This document shows, in pieces, positions 53,205 through 61,290 of a DNA stretch of 64,000 nt (position 1 is its first letter; every line of letters starts with the position of its first letter). Below the pieces are notes generated by a model. The model worked only from the letters and a program-made list of their open reading frames with translations. It was not told where the DNA came from and did no database searches. The stretch lies in NCBI GenBank assembly GCA_003279705.1, contig QCGZ01000002.1:91266-155265 (forward strand), in the 5' to 3' direction. The DNA is from OCS116 cluster bacterium AG-390-I16 (GTDB taxonomy: Bacteria; Pseudomonadota; Alphaproteobacteria; MED-G09). The position numbers were made by a program, and so were the translations under genes.

Positions 53205-53981
53205 GTGAAAATTGCAAGCTGGAATGTAAACTCTGTAAGAACAAGAATTAGCAATATTCTTGATTGGCTTAAGTCAGAAAAACCAGATATTCTGTGTTTA
53301 CAAGAAACGAAAGTAATTGATAAAGACTTTCCATTAAGTCCGTTTGAAGAAATTGGCTATAATGTCAAAATTCATGGTCAAAAGAGCTATAACGGTGTTG
53401 CTACATTATCGAAATATTTAGTGGAAGAAACTTTTCAAGGTATACCTAATTATAATGATGAGCAAGCAAGGTATATAGAAACAGTCCATTCCACAGACAT
53501 AGGGATGATAAGAGTATCAAATATTTATTTACCAAACGGTAATCCTACCCCAGGACCAAAATATGACTACAAATTAGATTGGATGAATAAGCTTAAAAAT
53601 CATTTACATGATACGCTTCTTAACGAAGAAATCTTTATTGTTCTTGGAGATTTTAATGTAATCCCTGAAGATATTGATACATATAACCCCGAAGAGTGGA
53701 AAGATGACGCTCTTTTTAAAATGGAAACAAGAAAAGCGTATAGAGAAATTTTATCATTAGGCTTCATAGATTCTTTTCGACAATTTAATCAAGATGCTGA
53801 AAACTATACTTTCTGGGATTATCAGAGAGGGGCTTGGCAAAGAAATAAAGGAATTAGAATTGATCATATTTTAACATCGCCTCAAGCAAGTGATAAAACA
53901 AATAATGTCTATATTGATAAGTCAGTGAGAGAAAAAGAAAAGCCTTCTGATCATGTGCCAATAATTATAGATTTATCATAG
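53205..53981 (+). CDS. xthA: Exodeoxyribonuclease III
   Basis: VKIASWNVNSVRTR (GTG start preferred over the track start 53169), LCLQETK, GDFNV, SDHVP. Confidence 0.9.
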   Translation: MKIASWNVNSVRTRISNILDWLKSEKPDILCLQETKVIDKDFPLSPFEEIGYNVKIHGQKSYNGVATLSKYLVEETFQGIPNYNDEQARYIETVHSTDIGMIRVSNIYLPNGNPTPGPKYDYKLDWMNKLKNHLHDTLLNEEIFIVLGDFNVIPEDIDTYNPEEWKDDALFKMETRKAYREILSLGFIDSFRQFNQDAENYTFWDYQRGAWQRNKGIRIDHILTSPQASDKTNNVYIDKSVREKEKPSDHVPIIIDLS

Positions 53982-53982
53982 T

Positions 53983-55707
53983 TTAAATGTCAGCATAAAT
54001 ATGGGTTTCTTCTTCGGCCCCGGGGTGAGTTATTGCACCATTTTGAGCAGAACCTACAGTTTGAGAGTATTTCCACAATGTTCCACTATTGTAATCAGTA
54101 CCTCTGGGTTTCCAACTTTTTCTTCTTTCTTCCATTTCCTCGTCAGATAAATGAACACTAAGAATACCTTTTTCACCATCAATTGTAATTTTATCGCCAT
54201 CTTTGATTAAAGCAATTGGACCACCAGTTGCAGCTTCAGGTCCAACATGACCAACACATAGTCCTCTTGTTCCTCCACTAAATCTTCCATCGGTGATTAA
54301 AGCAACTTTTCCTCCAACGCCTTGGCCGGATAGCGCTGCTGTAGTTGATAGCATTTCTCTCATTCCTGGCCCTCCCTTAGGACCTTCATAACGAATAACT
54401 ATTACCTCTCCTGTTTTGTAATCCTCATTGGAAACACATTCAAATGCATCTTCTTCACAATCGAAACACCTTGCATATCCTTCAAAGAAAGTATTTTCCA
54501 ATCCAGCAACTTTTACTATAGCTCCATCTGGAGCAAGATTACCTTTTAAACCAACAACACCACCTGTTGGGCTTAAAGGGTTATTATAAGGTCGAATAAC
54601 TTTTTGATTTTCATTAAACTCAACTTTTTCAAGATTTTCTTCAAGAGTTTTTCCAGTGACTGTCATACAATCACCATGAATAAAACCTCCTTCAAAAAGA
54701 GTTTTGATAATAATAGGAACACCACCTGCCTCATAAACATCTTTAGCAACATATTGTCCACCTGGTTTTAAATCGGCTATATAAGGTGTTCTTTTGAAAA
54801 TTTCTACAACATCGTCCAAAGAAAACTTAATGCCGCATTCGTGAGCAATTGCTGGTAAATGTAACCCTGCATTGGTTGAACCACCAGTAGCAGCAACAAT
54901 AGTAGCTGCATTTTCAAGAGATTTCCTCGTAACTATATCTCTTGGCCTAATATTCTTTTCAATTAAATTCATAACCTGCTTACCAGACTCGTAAGCATAT
55001 TTATCACGATCTTCATAAGGTGCTGGAGCTCCAGAAGAGTATGGAAGGGCTAAGCCCATTACTTCAGAAACACACGCCATAGTATTAGCAGTAAATTGCC
55101 CTCCACAAGCCCCTGCACTTGGGCATGCAACCTGCTCAAGATCTTTTAAGTCATCTTCTGTAGATGCACCTGCAGCATACTTACCAACTGCCTCAAATAC
55201 ATCAACAACAGTAACATCGTTGCCTTTATATCTTCCAGGTAATATTGAGCCACCGTACATAAATACACTTGGAACATTAAGTCTGCACATTGCCATCATT
55301 AAGCCAGGTAAGGATTTATCACACCCAGCTAAACCAACTAGTGCATCATAAGAGTGTCCGCGAACAGTAAGCTCAGTTGAGTCAGCTATAACTTCTCGAG
55401 AGACTAGAGATGATTTCATACCCTGATGCCCCATAGCTATACCATCGGTAACTGTAATAGTACAAAACTCTCTAGGCGTTCCGTCTGCATCCTTAACACC
55501 CTTTTTTACTGATTGAGCTTGTCGCATTAAAGCAATATTGCATGGAGCGGCTTCGTTCCATGTAGAAACAACCCCTACAAAAGGTTTTTTAATATCATCT
55601 TCTGTCATTCCCATCGCATAATAATAAGATCTATGAGGGGCTCTTTCAGGTCCAACACTTACATGCCTACTTGGTAATTTATTTTTATCAAACTTTTTTT
55701 CTGACAT
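53983..55707 (-). CDS. ilvD: Dihydroxy-acid dehydratase
   Basis: 574 aa. [29 protein letters not shown]. Confidence 0.95.
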   Translation of the reverse strand: MSEKKFDKNKLPSRHVSVGPERAPHRSYYYAMGMTEDDIKKPFVGVVSTWNEAAPCNIALMRQAQSVKKGVKDADGTPREFCTITVTDGIAMGHQGMKSSLVSREVIADSTELTVRGHSYDALVGLAGCDKSLPGLMMAMCRLNVPSVFMYGGSILPGRYKGNDVTVVDVFEAVGKYAAGASTEDDLKDLEQVACPSAGACGGQFTANTMACVSEVMGLALPYSSGAPAPYEDRDKYAYESGKQVMNLIEKNIRPRDIVTRKSLENAATIVAATGGSTNAGLHLPAIAHECGIKFSLDDVVEIFKRTPYIADLKPGGQYVAKDVYEAGGVPIIIKTLFEGGFIHGDCMTVTGKTLEENLEKVEFNENQKVIRPYNNPLSPTGGVVGLKGNLAPDGAIVKVAGLENTFFEGYARCFDCEEDAFECVSNEDYKTGEVIVIRYEGPKGGPGMREMLSTTAALSGQGVGGKVALITDGRFSGGTRGLCVGHVGPEAATGGPIALIKDGDKITIDGEKGILSVHLSDEEMEERRKSWKPRGTDYNSGTLWKYSQTVGSAQNGAITHPGAEEETHIYADI

Positions 55708-55724
55708 AATTAAGCCTCATAATA

Positions 55725-56513
55725 TCAAATTGGTCTTACCACCATCCACATATTATCGCTTGTTGGAAGATAGTCTAAAAAATTAAACTTTATAACCTCA
55801 TAATTTGCATCCTTTACCATCTTGAGTAAAGTTTTTGGGGTAAAATGATTTACATGGTCTGGAAAATGAAAACCACACCATTTTTCCTTTCTTATTTTTC
55901 TATTAATGCTATCGTAATTTGGTACCTTAATAATCACACATGCATTATTTTTTAAAGTAAATTTTAAATTCTTTAAAACTTCAAAAGGCTCATGTTCATG
56001 TTCTAAATAAGATCTTAAGATTGCACCAGAGAATTTATTTTCACCAAACTCCTCTAAAACTTTTGTAGAAGGGGCACAAATAGCTTTTCCACCTCTTTTT
56101 TTAAATGATATATTAGCTTTATTCGCTGATTCCTCAGAAATATCTATTCCATAAGGAGTATAAATCTTTGAAATATTTTCGAATTTAGCACCAGAACCAC
56201 AACCAATATCTAAAACATCCCCTTTCTCACAATAACGATTTAGAAGAAATTTTAACTTATCTCTCTTAATTAACGTTTTTACTTTTCTTCGAATCTTTTT
56301 TTTAAGACTTACTTTTTTTTCTTTTTCAAAATTTCTTTCCCAAGAAAATTCATTCTTCATTCTTTCGTATATAGGAACCTCTGGCATATAAACAAAGGAA
56401 CACTGGCACTGAACAAGCTTCCAAGGTTCAGAATTATAAAATAGTTCATTACTATATTTAGGTTCTTTACATAAAGGACATAATCTTTTTTTTATTTCAA
56501 TATTATTTTCCAT
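55725..56513 (-). CDS. Class I SAM-dependent methyltransferase with N-terminal Cys-rich segment
   Basis: VLDIGCGSG motif. N-terminal CPLCK...CQC. Overlaps the valS stop by 11 nt. Confidence 0.7.
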   Translation of the reverse strand: MENNIEIKKRLCPLCKEPKYSNELFYNSEPWKLVQCQCSFVYMPEVPIYERMKNEFSWERNFEKEKKVSLKKKIRRKVKTLIKRDKLKFLLNRYCEKGDVLDIGCGSGAKFENISKIYTPYGIDISEESANKANISFKKRGGKAICAPSTKVLEEFGENKFSGAILRSYLEHEHEPFEVLKNLKFTLKNNACVIIKVPNYDSINRKIRKEKWCGFHFPDHVNHFTPKTLLKMVKDANYEVIKFNFLDYLPTSDNMWMVVRPI

Positions 56514-59160
56514 GAGAAATAAGTTTACTAATAAATAATTTAGACTCCTCTAGCTTTTTCTGATCCGATATAAGATCCTCTAATCTATCATTGCTCTCTT
56601 TTACGATATTTTTAGGTGCTTTTTTAACAAAACTATCATTACTTAACTTTTTATTAAGTAACTCAATATCATTAATAATTTTAATTTCTTCTTTTTCAAT
56701 TCTTTTTATTTCTGATGATAGGTCTATGTCATCATCAATAATAAGAGCAAAGTCAATATTTGATACTGAAAAAGACGCTGCGCGGTCTGAAAAATCAGCC
56801 ACTTTGTCAATATTTCTTATTTTTATTAATTTTTTTAATAATAAATCAATATTTTTAATTTCATCTATTTCTCTTGAGTCTTTTTTATATACTTGCAACA
56901 AAAGTTCTTTTTTAGTCGGGATATTCAACTCTGATCTAATCGATCTAACGCTAGTAATAATTTCAATAATCATTTCAGTACTTTTTACAAAAGAAACGTC
57001 ATTTAAGGATGGTAACGATACATTCCAACTACTTGAAATTAATTCCTTTTCACTGTTGCTTACTTTTTTCCATAAATCCTCAGTAATAAAGGGCATAAAT
57101 GGGTGTAATTTAATTAGGATAAAATTTAATGACATAGAAGTAATGTATCTTAACTCATCTAACTCATCATAATTAGGATCATTAAAATATGGCTTAATAA
57201 GCTCCAAATACCAATCACAAAAAATATGCCAAACAAAGTGATAGATTTCGTTTGCCGCTTCATTAAATTTATATTCGTTAAGAAATTTATCAATATTTTT
57301 TTCAGTCTTAATCATTTCTGATATAAGCCAACTAGTTACTGGATTTGAGATTTCTTTTATATTTTCATTGTTTACTTTAATACAATCATTTAATTCACAA
57401 AATATTGCAGCATTCCATAACTTTGTTCCAAAATTTCTATAACCTTCAACTCTTGATTCAGATAACTTTATATCTCTTCCATAAGATGCCATTGATGCAA
57501 GTGTAAATCTAAGAGAGTCTGCTCCAAAATTATCTATTAACTTTAATGGATCAACTACATTACCTTTTGACTTAGACATTTTTTGTCCATTCTCATCTCT
57601 TACCAATGCATGAATATAGATTTCTGAAAAGGGAATGTTCTTCTGAAAGTATAGGCCCATCATCATCATTCTTGCGACCCAGAAAAAAATTATATCGAAA
57701 CCAGTAATTAAAAGATTTGTAGGGTAAAATTTGGAAAGATCATTTTTTTCATTTGGCCACCCTAAGGTTGTAAACGGCCACAGTGAAGACGAAAACCATG
57801 TATCAAGAACATCTTCATCCTGAGATATTGTTTCAGTTTTATATTTCTCTTTAGCAATTTTTAAAGCTTCATTCTCTGAAGAAGCAACAATTATTTCACC
57901 ATTGCTTGTATACCATGCAGGAATTCTATGACCCCACCAAAGCTGTCTTGAAATACACCATGGTTGAATATTATTCATCCACTCATAATATGTTTTTGAC
58001 CAATTGCTAGGAATAAACTTTGTTTTACCCTCTTTAACATTCTTAATAGCGGCTATCGATAGTTTCTTTGCATCCACATACCATTGATCAGTTAAAAAAG
58101 GCTCAATAACTTCATATGATCTATCGCCATAAGGAACAACATGAGTATAATCTTCGACTTTAACTAAAAAATTCTTAATTTGGAGCTGATCTACTAGTCT
58201 TTTTCTGGCTTCAAATCTGTTTAAACCCCTCCATTCATCAGGGGTGTTTTCATTTAAATTTCCATCTGTGTCAAATATTGAAATCATTTCAAGATTATTT
58301 CTTTTGCCAACTTCAAAATCATTAAAATCATGAGCAGGGGTAATTTTTACAGCCCCACTTCCCTGCTCTGGATCAGCATATTCGTCTTCAACAATAGAAA
58401 TTTGTCTATTAACAATAGGAATTAAAACTTTTTGACCTAATAAATCTTTATACCTTTCATCTTTAGGGTGAACAGCAATAGCTGTATCACCAAACATTGT
58501 TTCAGGTCGTGTGGTTGCAATCGTTATATATTTAGTTTCATCACTTTGAAGGGGGTAGTTGATATACCATAAACTTCCTTTAGTTTCCCTTTGTTCAACT
58601 TCTAAATCAGATATAGCTGTTTTAAGCTTTGGATCCCAATTAACAAGTCTTTTATCCTTATATATTAAACCATCATTATAGAGCTCAACGAAAACCTTAA
58701 TTACCGCTTCAGACAAACCATCATCCATGGTAAATCTCTCTCTACTCCAATCGCATGAAGCCCCCAACCTTCTTAATTGTTCAGTAATTGTACCGCCAGA
58801 CTTTTCTTTCCATTTCCATATTTCATCGACAAAATTTTCTCTTCCTAAATCACTCCTTGAAACATTTCTTTCTGATTTAAGATTTCTCTCAACAACCATT
58901 TGGGTTGCAATACCAGCATGATCAGTTCCAGGTTGCCATAAAACATTTTTTCCCTTCATCCTCTGATATCTGACAATAATGTCTTGTAGTGTTGTATTTA
59001 ACGCATGTCCCATATGTAGGCTTCCAGTTACATTTGGTGGCGGCATTACTATAGAAAAGTTTTCACTATCAGAGACTGTTGGTTTAAAAAGCCCTTTAGA
59101 CTCCCACATGTCATAAATTCGCCTCTCAGCTTCAGAGGGGTCATATTTTTTTTCAATCAT
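56503..59160 (-). CDS. valS: Valine--tRNA ligase
   Basis: 885 aa. HIGH-type PPPNVTGSLHMGHA, KMSKS, C-terminal coiled coil. Confidence 0.95.
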   Translation of the reverse strand: MIEKKYDPSEAERRIYDMWESKGLFKPTVSDSENFSIVMPPPNVTGSLHMGHALNTTLQDIIVRYQRMKGKNVLWQPGTDHAGIATQMVVERNLKSERNVSRSDLGRENFVDEIWKWKEKSGGTITEQLRRLGASCDWSRERFTMDDGLSEAVIKVFVELYNDGLIYKDKRLVNWDPKLKTAISDLEVEQRETKGSLWYINYPLQSDETKYITIATTRPETMFGDTAIAVHPKDERYKDLLGQKVLIPIVNRQISIVEDEYADPEQGSGAVKITPAHDFNDFEVGKRNNLEMISIFDTDGNLNENTPDEWRGLNRFEARKRLVDQLQIKNFLVKVEDYTHVVPYGDRSYEVIEPFLTDQWYVDAKKLSIAAIKNVKEGKTKFIPSNWSKTYYEWMNNIQPWCISRQLWWGHRIPAWYTSNGEIIVASSENEALKIAKEKYKTETISQDEDVLDTWFSSSLWPFTTLGWPNEKNDLSKFYPTNLLITGFDIIFFWVARMMMMGLYFQKNIPFSEIYIHALVRDENGQKMSKSKGNVVDPLKLIDNFGADSLRFTLASMASYGRDIKLSESRVEGYRNFGTKLWNAAIFCELNDCIKVNNENIKEISNPVTSWLISEMIKTEKNIDKFLNEYKFNEAANEIYHFVWHIFCDWYLELIKPYFNDPNYDELDELRYITSMSLNFILIKLHPFMPFITEDLWKKVSNSEKELISSSWNVSLPSLNDVSFVKSTEMIIEIITSVRSIRSELNIPTKKELLLQVYKKDSREIDEIKNIDLLLKKLIKIRNIDKVADFSDRAASFSVSNIDFALIIDDDIDLSSEIKRIEKEEIKIINDIELLNKKLSNDSFVKKAPKNIVKESNDRLEDLISDQKKLEESKLFISKLISHGK

Positions 59161-59161
59161 C

Positions 59162-59560
59162 TTAATTACGTTTTTTAAATAATTTTGCTACTTCTTCTTT
59201 AACAGATTCTTCTACAATCGTTTTTAAATTTTTAGCAAACCAATCATTGAGAGTTTCTTTAATTGTTTCTCTTACAATATCATCGATGGATAAATCAGAA
59301 ATAAAATTAGAATTATCAAAATTTAAACTATTATCTTTTTTTTCATTTTCAGCTGGATCATTGGATAACGAGTCATTGTTAAGGTCAGCTACATCCTCAA
59401 GAAGAATTGACACCTCTTCATCATCAACTACATCAGTTAACTCAATAAACTCGTTATCATCAGACGACTTAACTAGGTCCTGCTCACTAGAGATAACTTC
59501 CTTAATTGATGAGAGAATATCATTAACAGACATTTCTTCATTATTTTCATTTGAAACCAT
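59162..59560 (-). CDS. DUF2497 (PopZ-family) acidic protein
   Basis: 132 aa. N-terminal MSVNDILSSIKEVISSE, a very acidic low-complexity middle, and a C-terminal amphipathic segment IVRETIKETLNDWFAKNLKTIVEESVKEEVAKLF. Confidence 0.6.
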   Translation of the reverse strand: MVSNENNEEMSVNDILSSIKEVISSEQDLVKSSDDNEFIELTDVVDDEEVSILLEDVADLNNDSLSNDPAENEKKDNSLNFDNSNFISDLSIDDIVRETIKETLNDWFAKNLKTIVEESVKEEVAKLFKKRN

Positions 59561-59593
59561 GACAAAAACACCTTACAACATCGGTATTATAGA

Positions 59594-60946
59594 TCAATCA
59601 AGATTTTTAATATCTTTAAATCTTTTCCATCCAAGTTTAATATTTTTTACTTTGTTATAATTTAAATTAGGGTCATATTTTGAAACGGGAAGGGATAAGA
59701 CATCTGGATTTAAAGAACCTACGCTTAAAAGCAAATAAAACATTGATAATTGTAAATTATTTTCGGAGCTTATCATTGATACCTGTGAATCTAAAAATTC
59801 CTGCTCTGCATCCAATACATCTAAATTAGTTCTTGTACCAAGCTCAAACTCTTCTTTTACTCCTTCAAGGGCAATTTTATTTGCTTCAAATTGTTTTTTT
59901 GTAGAATTTACCTTAATCAATGATGAATTATATTGAGAAAAAGAGGACTTTACCTCTTGTGCAACAAACCTTCTAGCTTCAACTAACTGAAATTTATCTC
60001 TAATATTTATTTCCTGAGCTTTTCTGATATTTGACCAATTTAAGCCACCAGAAAAAATTGGTATACTTAAGACACCCATTAATTGATACGCATCTCCATC
60101 CATATTAAACAACATCTCTTCTGAATTTGAGAACTCACCTACTAGACTTATGGATGGTAATAATTTTGATTTCGCTGATTTTATACCGTATCTTGATGAC
60201 AGCTCTGATTTCTCTGCAAATTTAATATACGGGCTTTTAGCATTAGCAATAGAAAGTGCTTCTTCAATTGTTGCTGGCAAATTGAGAGTAATAAAGTCAT
60301 TTGACAAATTTACAGGATTCTTACCAATAATAGATTTATAAATTGCTTTACTTTTCTCAAGATTAGATCTTGCTTCAGCTAAATTTGCTTGTGATAATGA
60401 CAACCTAGCTTCAGATTGTGCAACATCTGTCAAAGTAAGCTCACCTACTTCAAATTGTATTTTTGCAACTTCAAGTCTTTCATTTAGTACATCAAGATTT
60501 ACTTCTCTTAGTTCAACAATTTTTTGGTTTGTTAAAACATTAAAAAAAGCTTCAGCAGCAGAAAATAAAATCTCTTGTTCTAAAATATTTAAATCAGCTC
60601 GACTTGCAGCTACAAAATTTAAAGATTGAGATCTATTATTAATTATACGGCCACCGGAAAAAATTATTTGTTCGGCCTCAACCTTCGCCACACTCGGTTT
60701 TAATTTTATTTCATCAGTATCATTGTAATTTGTAACAGTTTCTCCATAGGAGCCAATAATTCTAATTTTTGGATAAAATTCTGATGATGACAAGGATACA
60801 AGTTCATCATTAGATCTTAAATCAGCTCTTTTAGCCTGAATTGAAGGATTTTTTTTATACGCAAGAGAAAGTGCTTCCTCCAAGGTATTTGAGAGCAACT
60901 GAGTGTTTAAAAATAAACAAAAAATTAAAATTATATATTTTTTCAT
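59594..60946 (-). CDS. tolC: TolC-family outer-membrane efflux channel
   Basis: 450 aa. Signal peptide, two-fold OEP repeat (LEEALSLAYKKNPSIQA...; IEEALSIANAKSPYIKF...). Confidence 0.85.
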   Translation of the reverse strand: MKKYIILIFCLFLNTQLLSNTLEEALSLAYKKNPSIQAKRADLRSNDELVSLSSSEFYPKIRIIGSYGETVTNYNDTDEIKLKPSVAKVEAEQIIFSGGRIINNRSQSLNFVAASRADLNILEQEILFSAAEAFFNVLTNQKIVELREVNLDVLNERLEVAKIQFEVGELTLTDVAQSEARLSLSQANLAEARSNLEKSKAIYKSIIGKNPVNLSNDFITLNLPATIEEALSIANAKSPYIKFAEKSELSSRYGIKSAKSKLLPSISLVGEFSNSEEMLFNMDGDAYQLMGVLSIPIFSGGLNWSNIRKAQEINIRDKFQLVEARRFVAQEVKSSFSQYNSSLIKVNSTKKQFEANKIALEGVKEEFELGTRTNLDVLDAEQEFLDSQVSMISSENNLQLSMFYLLLSVGSLNPDVLSLPVSKYDPNLNYNKVKNIKLGWKRFKDIKNLD

Positions 60947-60963
60947 TATTATCCTAATTTTAT

Positions 60964-60987
60964 AAAAATGACGTTCGCGTCATTTTT
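60964..60987. promoter_or_regulatory. Perfect 10-bp inverted repeat / UUCG-type hairpin in the tolC - tRNA-Cys intergenic region
   Basis: AAAAATGACG-ttcg-CGTCATTTTT, 18-41 nt upstream of the tolC ATG (minus strand) and 113 nt upstream of tRNA-Cys (plus strand). Confidence 0.4.
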
Positions 60988-61099
60988 TTATAGATAGTAC
61001 ATGTTTATCTTTTTTACAAGGTGAATGTAATTAAAGTAAAAAATAAAGATTATCTAGACAAATATGATATAAATCTAATAAGAAAGAGACTGTTATTTT

Positions 61100-61173
61100 G
61101 GCCACTTGGCGGAGTGGTTACGCAGCGGCCTGCAAAGCCGTGGACGCCAGTTCGAATCTGGCAGTGGCCTCCA
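61100..61173 (+). tRNA. tRNA-Cys (anticodon GCA)
   Basis: Hand fold: GGCCACT TG GCGG AGTGGTTA CGC A GCGGC CTGCAAA GCCGT GGAC GCCAG TTCGAAT CTGGC AGTGGCC T CCA. Confidence 0.9.
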
Positions 61174-61290
61174 TATTTATATATGGATAACACGCTTTTT
61201 TAACATCAATAATAATAATAAAAATAATTGCATATTGTTTAGAATGATTTTAAATAACAAAAATAGTTATTTTTAACTTTTGGTATAAAA

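Noticed and set aside
56591-57172. 193-aa plus-strand ORF, long enough to look real.
   Set aside because: It lies entirely antisense to valS and has a Ser/Ile/Leu/Phe-rich low-complexity composition. That is typical of shadow ORFs opposite AT-rich, Lys/Glu/Asn-rich coding sequence. The same reasoning applies to 5188-5535 (in typA), 10422-10646, 11338-11686, 24438-24719, 32695-33400, 51157-51593, 59247-59660 and 60150-60341.
61021-61203. 60-aa ORF in the track.
   Set aside because: It spans tRNA-Cys (61100-61173), so it is an artefact.
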